The translations under genes were made by a program, and so were the position numbers. From assembly GCA_003171335.1 (NCBI GenBank), contig PMYD01000089.1, positions 34,958 to 98,957 of the forward strand: DNA of 64,000 nt, given 5' to 3'. Below the pieces are notes generated by a model. It ran no database searches. It was not told the origin of the DNA and saw only the letters and a list, made by a program, of their open reading frames with translations. This DNA comes from Phycisphaerales bacterium. GTDB lineage: Bacteria; Planctomycetota; Phycisphaerae; SM23-33; FEN-1343. Below are positions 10,125 to 20,260 of the stretch, one piece after another (the first letter of the stretch is position 1; every line of letters starts with the position of its first letter).

Positions 10125-11660
10125 ATGGCCATTACGCCGTCAGAAGGCGAAGTTGTGCTCGTGGGCGCCGGTCCGGGTGATCCTGGGTTGATTACCCTAG
10201 AGGCCCTGCGCTGGCTTGCCCGGGCCGACGTGGTTTTCTACGATCGCCTGGCCCCACCGCAGTTGCTGGACTTCACGCCGGCGGCGGCCACTCGTGTCTA
10301 CGTCGGCAAGTCCAGCGGCGAAAAGGGCTTATCACAGGAAGAGATCAACCACCGGCTGATCGACGCCGCCCGGGCGGGAAAACTGGTCGTCCGACTCAAG
10401 GGCGGCGACCCCTTCCTCTTCGGCCGCGGTGGCGAGGAAGCCTCAGTCCTCAAAGCGGCCGGCGTGAGCTACCGCGTAGTGCCGGGCATCACGGCGGCCT
10501 GCGGTGCGGCCGCATGGAACGGCCTGCCGCTGACCGACCGGCGGCTGGCAAGTACCGTCGCCTTTGTCACCGCCGAGGAAGACCCGGCCCACGCTTCGGG
10601 CCGGGTGAATTGGGCGGCGCTGGCGGGTATCGACACGGTGGTTCTTTACATGGGCGTCAAGACGCTCGATGGCGTGGCCGCCAGGCTTATCGCCGCGGGC
10701 AAAGCGGCCGACACGCCGGCCGCGATCATCGAGCGCGCCACGTTGCCCGGCCAGCGAGTGATTTCGGCGACGCTCAAAACGATCGCTCAGGCGGCCGCCG
10801 CGGCGGATATTCAGCCGCCGGCCATCACCATTGTCGGACCGGTGGTCTCGCTCGCCGCCCAGCTTGATTGGCGCTCGGCCTTACCGCTGGCGGGGCGAAC
10901 GATCGTGATCACCCGGCCGGCGGACCAATCGATGCGGCTGCGCGACCAGTTGTCTGACCTGGGCGCCGATGTGCTGACCGCCCCGGCAGTCGAGGTTCGC
11001 CCGGCGGAGGATCTCGCGGCCGTGGATGCGGCACTGAGACAAATAGACCAATATGCCTGGATCTGCTTCACCAGCGCGCATGGCGTGGCCGCGTTTCTCC
11101 AGCGGGCGGTGTCGCTGGGGCTTGATGGCCGGGCGTTTGGCGGTGTGAAGATCGCCGCCATCGGCCCGGCGACGGCCGAGGCGCTGGGCCGGCATTTCCT
11201 GCGACCCGACCTGCTGCCGCATCGCTACACCGGGCAGGATCTGGCCGAGGAAATCCTCGCCCGCGATGGCGCGCCAGGCGGCGGCCGCGTGCTGCTGGCC
11301 CGCTCCGACCTTGCCCAGCCGGAACTGCCGGCGGCCCTCCGCCAAGCGGGGGTCGTTGTCGACGATGTGGTCGTCTACCGCAGCGTTTGCCCCGCTTCTT
11401 TGCCTGTGGATGTCGTGGCCGCCCTGGCCGCGGGCAAAGTGAACTGGGTGACATTTACCAGCGGGTCCACCGTTCGGAATTTCCTGGCGCTGGCCCGCCG
11501 GCAGGAGGTGGCGCTGGATGGTGTGAAGCTGGCCAGCATCGGCCCCTCGACCTCTGCCGCCTTGCGTGAGGCGGGCCTGGAGGTGCATGTCCAGGCGCAG
11601 CCGCACACCGCTGAGGGGCTGTGCGCCGCCCTGCTGGCGGCCGAGGGCATCAGCCCATGA
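10125..11660 (+). CDS. cobA: Fused uroporphyrinogen-III C-methyltransferase / uroporphyrinogen-III synthase (CobA-HemD)
   Basis: LVGAGPGDPGLIT and RLKGGDPFLFGRGGEE; HemD half ITRP..FTS..AIGPAT..FTSGSTV. Confidence 0.92.
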   Translation: MAITPSEGEVVLVGAGPGDPGLITLEALRWLARADVVFYDRLAPPQLLDFTPAAATRVYVGKSSGEKGLSQEEINHRLIDAARAGKLVVRLKGGDPFLFGRGGEEASVLKAAGVSYRVVPGITAACGAAAWNGLPLTDRRLASTVAFVTAEEDPAHASGRVNWAALAGIDTVVLYMGVKTLDGVAARLIAAGKAADTPAAIIERATLPGQRVISATLKTIAQAAAAADIQPPAITIVGPVVSLAAQLDWRSALPLAGRTIVITRPADQSMRLRDQLSDLGADVLTAPAVEVRPAEDLAAVDAALRQIDQYAWICFTSAHGVAAFLQRAVSLGLDGRAFGGVKIAAIGPATAEALGRHFLRPDLLPHRYTGQDLAEEILARDGAPGGGRVLLARSDLAQPELPAALRQAGVVVDDVVVYRSVCPASLPVDVVAALAAGKVNWVTFTSGSTVRNFLALARRQEVALDGVKLASIGPSTSAALREAGLEVHVQAQPHTAEGLCAALLAAEGISP

Positions 11661-12508
11661 GCCCTACACTGGAGATTACCTTCATGGGCACCGGCACCAG
11701 TCACGGCGTGCCGATGATCGGCTGCGACTGCCGCACCTGTCGGTCGGAGGATCCGCGCGATAAGCGGAATCGCGCCAGCGTGTCGATTCGGGTGAAGCCG
11801 GATCGCGCTGAATCGGCGCCGCCGACGGCGGCTGTGCCACATCGAGAAGCCGCGGATGACGAGGCGGTCTTGCTGATCGACACGCCGCCGGAGCTTCGCC
11901 TGGCGGCCATTGCCACGAGCTTGTCGCGGGTGGATGCGGTACTCATTACACACGCCCACGCCGACCACATCCTGGGGATGGACGACCTGCGGCGGTACAA
12001 CGATTTGCGCGGCGGCCCCATCGACGTGTATGGGGCGGCCGACTCCATAACCATCATCCGCAAGGTATTCGGCTATGCCGAGGCGCCTTATGATAATTTT
12101 GATCGGCCGAGCCTGCGCTTCCGCGAGATGGCCGGCGCGATCTGTGCGGCGGGCGTGGGGGTAACGCCCGTGCCCCTGGTCCACGGCCAGCGGATGATCC
12201 TGGGCTACCGCATCGGCCCGGTCGCCTACTGCACCGACTGCTCGGCCATCCCCCCCGCCAGTTGGCCGCTGCTGGAGGACCTGGAGCTGCTGATTCTAGG
12301 CTGCCTGCGCTACACGCCTCACCCGGCCCACTTCAACGTCGAGGGGGCGTTGGCCACTATCGAGCGCCTGGGCCCCCGGCGGACGCTGCTGACGCACATC
12401 GCGCACGAGATCGGCCATGCCGAGCTTTCGGCCCGGCTGCCCGACAACATCCAGCCCGCGTTTGACGGGCAGCGAGTCGAGCTGCTCGGCTTGCAGGCCA
12501 GCAGGTGA
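11657..12508 (+). CDS. MBL-fold metallo-hydrolase, PhnP-like
   Basis: GTGTSHGVP.IGC.C..C, THAHADHILG, LTHIAH. ATGA overlap with the cobA-hemD stop. Confidence 0.9.
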   Translation: MSPTLEITFMGTGTSHGVPMIGCDCRTCRSEDPRDKRNRASVSIRVKPDRAESAPPTAAVPHREAADDEAVLLIDTPPELRLAAIATSLSRVDAVLITHAHADHILGMDDLRRYNDLRGGPIDVYGAADSITIIRKVFGYAEAPYDNFDRPSLRFREMAGAICAAGVGVTPVPLVHGQRMILGYRIGPVAYCTDCSAIPPASWPLLEDLELLILGCLRYTPHPAHFNVEGALATIERLGPRRTLLTHIAHEIGHAELSARLPDNIQPAFDGQRVELLGLQASR

Positions 12509-12551
12509 ATATCGCGGCAGCACCGGTCGGAAAGCAGCCGCGGGGGCAATC

Positions 12552-14135
12552 TTACGCCGCACGGCGCCAGTCGGCGCGGGCGGTCAGCGTGATCCGGGTG
12601 CCCCGGTCCGGAGCGCTTTGGATGGACAGCTCGCCCCCCATCGCGGCGACGCGCTGGTTGATGCGAAGCAGGCCCGTTCCGCTGTACAGGTCAGGCGCCG
12701 CGCCAGCGGAAGGCTCAAAGCCCTTGCCATGATCCTCGACGAAGACCTGGATGTGCTCCTCATCAGCGCGCAGCAGTTCCACGCGCGCCGAATCGACGCC
12801 GGCATGTTTGGCCACATTCAGCAGCAGCTCCCGGACGGAGTCGAACACGAAGTAGCGCAGCTCCTGGCTGGGCGGCTCGGCGGCGGGGTCGGCCTTGAGG
12901 TCGACCTGGAGGTTGTATTTTTCGGACACATCCCGGCACAGCCAATCCAGTGCGGCGGCCAGTCCGTGCGATTCCAGAACGGGCGGGCTCAGCTCCGCGG
13001 TCAGCGAGCGCGCCACCTGCAACGCCTCGGCCAGCATGGCGCTGGCGCGCTGGGCGGCCTGACCGTTTTCCGTATCCTTTGGTTTCTTGGCCATCAGCTC
13101 AATGCTCACCTTGGCCGCGACCAGCAATTGCTGAAGATTATCATGCATGACTCGGCCAATGCGCCGGCGCTCGCGCTGCTCGGTGGAGACCAGTTCATCC
13201 GCCAGGGCGCGGAGCTGCCCGGCCTGCTGTTCCTGGGTCTCATTGGCGGCTTCCAGTTGCGCCGTCCGTTCCTCGACGCGCAACTCCATTTCGTTGTACA
13301 GCCGCAGGACTTCCTTCTCCACGCGCCGTTGCTCGGTGATATCACGCAGGGCCGTCAGAACCGCCGGCCGTCCTTGAAAATAGATGCGGGCCGTGCTGGC
13401 CTCGACGTCGACCACCTTGCCGTCCAGCCGGAACAGCGGCATCTCCAGCGGCGGGACAACTCCTCCTTTGGCCAGCACAAGTTCGCGGCGCCGCCGCGCC
13501 AGGTCGCTGAAATCCGGCGAGGTAAACTGGGCCAGGTCGCGCCCCAGGAGTTCCTCCATGCTGGCGGCCCCGGCCAGATGAACGCCTACCGGGTTCACGT
13601 ACACCAGCTTGTCATCAATGCTGACGATAATGGGACCCGGTGACAGTTCCACCAGGGCACGGTAGCGTTCCTCGCTCTCCCGCAGGGCGTTTTCCAGGCG
13701 CTTGCGCTCGGTGATGTCGCGGTCGATGCCGCCGTAGCATTCCAGGCTGCCCTTGGGCCCGAATATCGGCGCCCCGCTGGTCTCCAGCACCACCAGCCGG
13801 CCATCCTTGCGGATATGCATGTTCTCCAGTTGAACGATCTCGCTGCCGCGCTGGACGGATTCCTCAAAAATCGGCCGCACCCGCCGCGCTTCCTCGGGCG
13901 GCATGAAATCGAACGGCGTCTTGCCGATGACTTCGCGCGGCTCGTATCCCAGGACCTCGCGCACGCCCTGGTTGCAGTAGATGTACTGCCCGGCCGAACT
14001 GACCTCCCAGACCCAGTCGGATACCGACGCCACCAGCCTGGGAAGTGTCGCCGCGTACGGCGGCACTCTGCGGCCATCGCGGTCCTGCCATTCTCTTGCC
14101 ATGCCCGAGCTCATAGATATGCTCTCTCTCTTCAC
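12552..14135 (-). CDS. PAS-domain sensor histidine kinase (HisKA_3/NarX-like)
   Basis: Two PAS/PAC domains, ERRRIGRVMHDNLQQ H-box, ELLLNVAKHA, DHGKGF, GTGL. Start uncertain. Confidence 0.85.
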   Translation of the reverse strand: MKRESISMSSGMAREWQDRDGRRVPPYAATLPRLVASVSDWVWEVSSAGQYIYCNQGVREVLGYEPREVIGKTPFDFMPPEEARRVRPIFEESVQRGSEIVQLENMHIRKDGRLVVLETSGAPIFGPKGSLECYGGIDRDITERKRLENALRESEERYRALVELSPGPIIVSIDDKLVYVNPVGVHLAGAASMEELLGRDLAQFTSPDFSDLARRRRELVLAKGGVVPPLEMPLFRLDGKVVDVEASTARIYFQGRPAVLTALRDITEQRRVEKEVLRLYNEMELRVEERTAQLEAANETQEQQAGQLRALADELVSTEQRERRRIGRVMHDNLQQLLVAAKVSIELMAKKPKDTENGQAAQRASAMLAEALQVARSLTAELSPPVLESHGLAAALDWLCRDVSEKYNLQVDLKADPAAEPPSQELRYFVFDSVRELLLNVAKHAGVDSARVELLRADEEHIQVFVEDHGKGFEPSAGAAPDLYSGTGLLRINQRVAAMGGELSIQSAPDRGTRITLTARADWRRAA

Positions 14136-14373
14136 TCGGGGCAGACTAAACCCGTGTTGGGACCCCTATATTTATCTTAGCGCCGCCGCCCGCGCAGGCA
14201 ACGGGATCGGCCGGAAAACCTGGTCTTGACGGAAAGCCGCACTTGCATCTGGCGTCCTTCAAAAATACATTCATGTCCAATTCGCGGCCAGCGCAGATGT
14301 CGGGCCGCATCGGGAAAGATCGTCCAAGCGCCGCCGCCGTTACGGCCCGTGCGCTCTCGCCAGGATGGGTGCC

Positions 14374-15780
14374 ATGATTAAGTTGATGTTTCTCGACTAT
14401 CGCGACCTGGAAGTCGTCACAGCCTTCACGCGGCAGGCGCATCCGCCCATCAAGCACGCGGGCGACCCCTTGCTGCGGTCGGACCTGCCCACCGAAGACA
14501 ACCTGATGAGCATGTTCGGCACCGTCATCCGCCGGCCCACCGACGGGTTGTGGCAGTACTGGTACAAGTGCTTTAACCCGAACGAGAAGGGCCCGGCCCT
14601 GGGATACGCCCAGAGCCGCGACGGCGTGAAGTGGGAACGCCCCGGCATGGGCGTGGTCAGCTTCAAAGGCCAGGACACGCACATCGTTTTCGATGCGGGG
14701 CCGCACGGGACGGCGGTGATCTACGATGAGCAGGAAACCCGCCCCGCCTGGCGCTACAAGATGGTGCACGGCTCCAACCCCACCAAGCGGATCTCCGCCC
14801 ACCGCAGCCCCGACGGCATTCACTGGACAGCGGCCGGCGAGAACCCCGTCGTGTGCGCCACCGCCGGCGGCCCCCTGGGGCTGATGCGGGCCCAGGATGG
14901 CCGGTACGTGATGTACATCCGGCCTTGCAAGGGCGATCGCCGCGTGGCCCGAGCCGAATCGTGGGATTTCATCCACTGGACCGAGCCGGTGGTGGTGATC
15001 GACCAGGATCCTATCGACCCCGTCCAGGTGCAGTTCTACGGCATGGATGCCTGGCCCTACGGCGGCTACGAGATGGGGCTGCTGTGGATCTACGACACCG
15101 ACGCCGACGACCTGGCCTTCCACAAGCCGCGCGGGCGGATGTTCCCCGAGCTGGCGTATACCCGTAGCGGCTACGCCTGGCACCGCGCCAGCGTGGGCAC
15201 GCGCTGGATCGACCTGGGCGCCCCGGGAACCTGGGACCACGCCCAGATCCACCCTTCCAGCCTGCCGGTCTACCTCGACGATGAAGTCCGCTGGTACTAC
15301 ACCGCCTGTTCCGTGCCGCACGAGTTCGTGGCCCGCGGCGGCGAGCCTACCTGGGCCTTCGGCTACGCCTCCAGCCGGCCCGATCGCTACATCAGCCTGA
15401 ACGCCGGCCAGCAGGAGGCCCAACTGCTCACCCGGCCGTTCTGGAGCGAGGTGGGCGAGTTCTTCGCCAACGCCCAGATCGACCGCGGCGGTTACGTGAA
15501 GGTGGAAGTCACCGACACGGCGGGTGCGGCCGTCGAAGGCTTCTCGCTGGCTGATGCCCAGACGCTCCAGGGCGACGATCTGCGGCATCGTCTGGCCTGG
15601 AGCAAAGGCAAGCCGGCCGCACTGGCCAATAAACAGATCCGCCTGCGCATCCGCGCCAAGAACGCCAAGCTCTTCTCCCTGGCCGGCGGCACGGAAGCCC
15701 AGGCCAAGCAATACTGGCGATTCCGAATCCCGCATTTCATGCCCATGGATGAGGAAAAGGCCCTGGTGGGCATCGGCTAG
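14374..15780 (+). CDS. Putative five-bladed beta-propeller glycoside hydrolase-like protein
   Basis: Asp-box-like S.DG..W repeats (SRDGVKW, SPDGIHW, SWDFIHW) and C-terminal 'EGFSLADA..LQGDDL' beta-sandwich. Confidence 0.6.
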   Translation: MIKLMFLDYRDLEVVTAFTRQAHPPIKHAGDPLLRSDLPTEDNLMSMFGTVIRRPTDGLWQYWYKCFNPNEKGPALGYAQSRDGVKWERPGMGVVSFKGQDTHIVFDAGPHGTAVIYDEQETRPAWRYKMVHGSNPTKRISAHRSPDGIHWTAAGENPVVCATAGGPLGLMRAQDGRYVMYIRPCKGDRRVARAESWDFIHWTEPVVVIDQDPIDPVQVQFYGMDAWPYGGYEMGLLWIYDTDADDLAFHKPRGRMFPELAYTRSGYAWHRASVGTRWIDLGAPGTWDHAQIHPSSLPVYLDDEVRWYYTACSVPHEFVARGGEPTWAFGYASSRPDRYISLNAGQQEAQLLTRPFWSEVGEFFANAQIDRGGYVKVEVTDTAGAAVEGFSLADAQTLQGDDLRHRLAWSKGKPAALANKQIRLRIRAKNAKLFSLAGGTEAQAKQYWRFRIPHFMPMDEEKALVGIG

Positions 15781-15831
15781 GGCGCTTTGTTTTCGAGCCC
15801 GCAGGGTTTTTGACCATTAGGGCACTCTGTT

Positions 15832-15945
15832 TTGGAGCCCGTAGGGCGGTTGACCATTAGCCCCGGGTGCTGCCGCGAGCGGTAGCGAGCGGCAAACCCG
15901 GGGAATACGTGGCCCCATATTCTCAGAGTCCGTCAGGGCGACTGA
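15832..15945. repeat. REP-like imperfect inverted-repeat element
   Basis: 'gagcccgtagggcg' and 'gagtccgtcagggcga' units resemble 'gagccccgtcaggggcga' at 19977; internal hairpin ccccgggt..acccgggg. Confidence 0.55.
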
Positions 15946-17734
15946 GCCGCGCAGACTCAAACGCTCCGATCTCATCACGTGACAAGCCCGCCTGCTCGGC
16001 CTTCCCGTAATTGGACCTGATCCAGTCTGCCGGATCTTGCGTAAGGGTAATGCGGACAACCACCAGTTGACTCTTTGTTGGACCCTTTGTGGCCAACGTC
16101 TCCATTTGTATTCCCTTGAGCGTGTCAAGCAGGCTCACGCGGTCCAGGCCGCTGATGATGCCGTACGCCTCGCCCTCCTTCCAGAGCCAGCGAACCAGCT
16201 TGTCCGGCATGCGGTCCTCGAAACGGATGGGGCTGGGCCAGCCGGTGTAGAACTGGAAGGAAAACCGCTCGGCGGACCAGAGGAAATATCGCGCCGGTTT
16301 GACCGGCACGGCCGCCTTTGTCTGGTCGGCAAGTTCGCGGCAACTGGCCATGCGGTAGGTTGGGGCCACCCACCCAATTGCGCCCAACCAGCCCACGAAG
16401 ACCGCCGCCACGACCATGGCCAGTGCGGCAGGCCGGCCTTCTTTTCGCATCAGCCGCAGCGCCGCCAACGCCAGAATTCCGACCGCCGCCGGCGCGATCG
16501 CCATCCACGGGCTGAGCTCCTTCGACCACGGCGCCAGGATCATCGGTAGCGCCGCGACGCCCACCGCGCTGATCGCCAGGGCGGGCAGGCCCAGCCGCAT
16601 CAGCCGATGCGGCTGCGCGGAGTCCGACCAGTTGCCCAGGAAGACGCCGATCAGAACCGCCAGCGGTGCAAAGAGCGGCATCAGATATTGGGCTTCCTTT
16701 CCGGAACTCACGGCCACCACACCCAGTGGTAAAAGCACGGCCAGCCACAGCAACAGCACCTGGCCTCGCTGCGACACGGCCAGGCCGCCGCGGCGGATGG
16801 ACCGGACGATCACGCCGGGCAGCAGGAGCGTCCAGGGCATCAGCCCCCCCAGCAGCAAGGGCACGTAGAGGATGCCCGGCCAATGCCGGCCGACGCTGAC
16901 GGTGGCAAAGCGTTCGAGATTATTCCTGATGAAGAAATACTGGAAGTACGACGGATCTCGCCACATGGCCGCCACGTACCACGGCGCCGCGATGGCCGCG
17001 AACAGCGCCAGCCCCAGCGGGCTCAGCGCTCCGGTCAGGCGGCTGTATTGCCGGCGGGCGATCATCCACACCAGGATCACCAGCAGCGGCAACGCCAGCC
17101 CCGCCGGCCCCTTAAACAGCACGGCGAGGGCCGCAAAGCCGTAAAAACCGATCCAACCGGCTCGCCGGGCCTTGGCCGAGGGATCTTCAGCGGCGGCGGC
17201 CTGGCCCCGCGCCAGCCACCACAGGGCGGCCCACATGGCGGCCGTGAAGGCCATGTCCATGCGGTACCAGTGGGCGACGAACAGAAACTCCCCCGCCGTC
17301 GCCAGGGCCGCCCCCGCCGTCAGGCCGGCCGCCCGACCCGCCAGCCGCCGCGCCCAGGACCAGGTGATCAGCACGGCCAACCAGGCCGCCAGGGCCGAGA
17401 CCAGCCGCCCGCCCAGCTCGGCGCTGCCGGTCAGCTTCTGGCTCGCGGCGGCCAGCCAGAAAAATGGGGCCGGTTTATCGTAATACACCTGGCCGGTCAG
17501 GTGCGGCATGAGCCAGTCGCCGCCCTGGAGCATCTCCTTGACGACCAGGGCGCAGCGCGATTCATCCGGGTCCATCAGCGGCAGGCTGGCGGATTTGAAC
17601 AGGAACAGGCACAGCACCGCCGCCGAGAGCCACAGCCAATCCAGGCGGCCGCTGGCCAGCCGCGCGAAAATGGCGCGGCGGCGCATACGGACGGCAGGCT
17701 GAGTGGCTTCTACAGGCATTGTAATTGCGGGCAT
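15923..17734 (-). CDS. ArnT-like GT-C (family 39/83) glycosyltransferase
   Basis: DPDESR, GDWLMPHL.G..Y.DKPAPFFW, KGP, multiple transmembrane segments. Confidence 0.88.
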   Translation of the reverse strand: MPAITMPVEATQPAVRMRRRAIFARLASGRLDWLWLSAAVLCLFLFKSASLPLMDPDESRCALVVKEMLQGGDWLMPHLTGQVYYDKPAPFFWLAAASQKLTGSAELGGRLVSALAAWLAVLITWSWARRLAGRAAGLTAGAALATAGEFLFVAHWYRMDMAFTAAMWAALWWLARGQAAAAEDPSAKARRAGWIGFYGFAALAVLFKGPAGLALPLLVILVWMIARRQYSRLTGALSPLGLALFAAIAAPWYVAAMWRDPSYFQYFFIRNNLERFATVSVGRHWPGILYVPLLLGGLMPWTLLLPGVIVRSIRRGGLAVSQRGQVLLLWLAVLLPLGVVAVSSGKEAQYLMPLFAPLAVLIGVFLGNWSDSAQPHRLMRLGLPALAISAVGVAALPMILAPWSKELSPWMAIAPAAVGILALAALRLMRKEGRPAALAMVVAAVFVGWLGAIGWVAPTYRMASCRELADQTKAAVPVKPARYFLWSAERFSFQFYTGWPSPIRFEDRMPDKLVRWLWKEGEAYGIISGLDRVSLLDTLKGIQMETLATKGPTKSQLVVVRITLTQDPADWIRSNYGKAEQAGLSRDEIGAFESARLSRPDGL

Positions 17735-17777
17735 CCTAAAGCACGCCCCGCCGCTTGTACAGGCAAAGTGAAGTCCT

Positions 17778-17834
17778 GAGGTGGCATGCCCTCACGCCGT
17801 GGGCCGCCAAGGCGGCCAAGGCGAGTGGGCATGG
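17778..17834 (+). repeat. GTGG-headed REP-like palindrome
   Basis: gaggtggcatgccctcacg...gtgggcatgg is a near reverse complement of 44091-44148. Confidence 0.75.
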
Positions 17835-17913
17835 CTCATCCAGCAAGCCTGTCCGGCCGCATAAAATGGGTTGGCCTATGCGATTTCTCCTTTCGCTGCC
17901 AAAGGCGCAACCG

Positions 17914-18972
17914 ATGATGGTGAAACGTTCCGACGCCAATCCGTTGATCAGCCCCGCTTCGGTCGTACCCACGCGCGAGGATGTCGAGATCTACTGCACG
18001 ATCAACCCGGCCGCCACGTGGCTTAGTAGCGGCGAGGCGCTGCTGCTGGTCCGCGTGGGCGAGCGGCCGCTGCCGGTGGAAGGCACGGCCGCCGCACTGG
18101 TCTTCGATTACGCCAGCGGGAAGACGGAGGTCCGCCGGTATCGGCTCGACGACCCAAAGGTGGACATCCAGGATGGTCGAACCTTTCATTACGAAGGCCG
18201 CCGGCTGCTCACCAGCCTGTCGCACCTGCGAATCGCCCGCAGCCGCGACCTGCGCTCCTGGCGGCTCGATCCGCAGCCGGCCATCGCCCCGACCACCGAG
18301 TGGGAGGCGTACGGCTGCGAGGATGCCCGCATTACGCCGCTGGAGGGGCGATACTACATCACCTACACGGCCGTCAGCCACCTGGGCATCAACGCCATGC
18401 TGGCGGTGACGGATGATTTTGTGCGCTTCGAGAAGCTGGGCATCATCATCCCCACGTACAACAAGGATGTGTGCATCTTCCCGGAGCGCATCGGCGGGCG
18501 GTATGTCTGCCGGCACCGGCCCTACCGCAGCGAGTTCAACGAGCCGAACATCTGGACCGCCTGGTCGCCGGACCTGAAACACTGGGGCGACCATTCCGTA
18601 CTGCACCGGCCGGTGCACGGCACGTGGCAGTCGGAGCGCGTGGGCGCCGGCGCCCCGCCCATCCGCACCGAGGCCGGCTGGCTGGAAATCTTCCACGGCA
18701 GCGACCCGGCCGGCCGCTACGGCCTGGCGGCCATGCTCTCGGAACTGGACCACCCCGAGCGGCTGATCGGCTACTCCGAACCTGTGCTCCAGCCGCAGGA
18801 ACTCTATGAAACGGCAGGCATTTACGGCCAATGCGTCTTCAGCAACGGCCTCTTGACCCATTCCGACGGCCGGCTGACCATCTTCTACGGCGGTGCCGAC
18901 ACGATCGTCGCCGCAGCGCAAACGACGGTTCAAGAAATGGTTAACGCGGTGAAAGAAGCGAACCGTCGCTAA
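17914..18972 (+). CDS. GH130-family glycoside phosphorylase/hydrolase
   Basis: INPAA, LTSLSHLRIARS, YGCEDARIT, NKD..IFPE, HRP, VGAGAPPI.T.AGWL, CVFSNG, YGGAD. Confidence 0.9.
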   Translation: MMVKRSDANPLISPASVVPTREDVEIYCTINPAATWLSSGEALLLVRVGERPLPVEGTAAALVFDYASGKTEVRRYRLDDPKVDIQDGRTFHYEGRRLLTSLSHLRIARSRDLRSWRLDPQPAIAPTTEWEAYGCEDARITPLEGRYYITYTAVSHLGINAMLAVTDDFVRFEKLGIIIPTYNKDVCIFPERIGGRYVCRHRPYRSEFNEPNIWTAWSPDLKHWGDHSVLHRPVHGTWQSERVGAGAPPIRTEAGWLEIFHGSDPAGRYGLAAMLSELDHPERLIGYSEPVLQPQELYETAGIYGQCVFSNGLLTHSDGRLTIFYGGADTIVAAAQTTVQEMVNAVKEANRR

Positions 18973-19877
18973 TGGCTCCGGACGCTGCCGCGTAGCCAGT
19001 CTTGAGATTCCTTGCTTATTCCTGCATTCATAAGCAGTTAAGCACCAATCTCGGGTGCCAAAACAGGCCAAAACAGGCCAAAACAGCAATTAACCTTCTT
19101 TAGCACTTATGCTTATGCGCAAGTCCTTATCACACAAAGGCCCATGCAAAAGTGCATAATGCTTAAGATGCATATGCCCCTTTTTGTGCAGCTTGTGCAA
19201 TTTCGCAAACTGCCCCATGCCGACCTCGCATCGTCGCTATTCACTTGTCAAGCCACACGCAGCCCTCAGCGGCCGCCAGCGTCGCGATTAACGCGCCAAC
19301 AAGTATTAAGGGGCAAATTGCGTGCCAGACTGTGAACATTCCAAGACGAATTTTTGCACATTTCACAACCGATGTTCATTACAAGCGTTATGAGATCAAA
19401 ATAACAGAACTAACTTTGCAACTCGCGACTTTGGCCGGCCGTGGCCTGCCAAAATGTGCGCATTTCGTTATCTTGGCGACCCGCACCTGCCATTCTTGGC
19501 ATGCGTTGGGTGCCGTGGCTGCGTTTTTCTGCAGCCACGCGTCAGTGCAAGTTGCTCCCCTTCTCGCGCATCAACGCGGCTCCGCAAGTTCTTCCTGATG
19601 ACGCGTGGCTGCGAAGAGAAGCAGCCACGGCACCCGGCTCGATTAGAGCAGTTAAGCCTTGCATATTTACGTCCGGCTTAAAGAAGGTTATGGAAACGAC
19701 CGAGAATCGCTGGAGCCACGAATTTCCAGGGGTATCCCCTGACCGGCAAGTTCTTTAGCCTCCGCAGGAGGCGTTTGATAGTAGCACGACAGCGCTAGTT
19801 TGATCGTAAGTCCTTATTTCTCCGTCGGACCGTTCGGAGTCGTTGTGCGAGTTTCCTAAGGTTCTTGAACATCGAAA

Positions 19878-20156
19878 GTGAAACTAGCGCTGTCGTGGTA
19901 GGCCCGGCGCGCTGCCCCCAAGCGAGCGCCAGCGAGCGTGGGGGCGAGCCCGGGGGACAGGGCCCTCCCAGAAAAAGAGCCCCGTCAGGGGCGATTGAAC
20001 GGTGCAACCGGGGACACTGCTGCGGCCGCATCGCTCAATCGCCCTGGCGGGCTCCCAGAAGAGGGGGTCCTTCCTTTCCCCAGGCTCGCCCTTCGACTCG
20101 CTTCGCTCGCTCAGGGCAGCGCCAGGGGCTACTGGTCAGACGCCCTGGCGGGCTCA
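19878..20156. repeat. Composite nested REP-like hairpin cluster
   Basis: gagccccgtcaggggcgattga/tcaatcgccctggcgggctc inverted pair nested inside gggcgagcc..gggga/tccccaggctcgccc, plus cccttcgactcgcttcgctcgctcagggc (20089-20117). Confidence 0.65.
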
Positions 20157-20260
20157 AGAACCGGAGGAAACTCAGGCCGCCCGCTCCGGCTCGGTCGGCG
20201 CCGAAGCCTTCTTAAGCCGGATGTAAACATGCAAAGCTAAACTGCTATAGCCTAGCCTTC

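Noticed and set aside
18975..19870. Replication origin
   Set aside because: AT-rich, but no cluster of TTATCCACA boxes and no dnaA/dnaN context.
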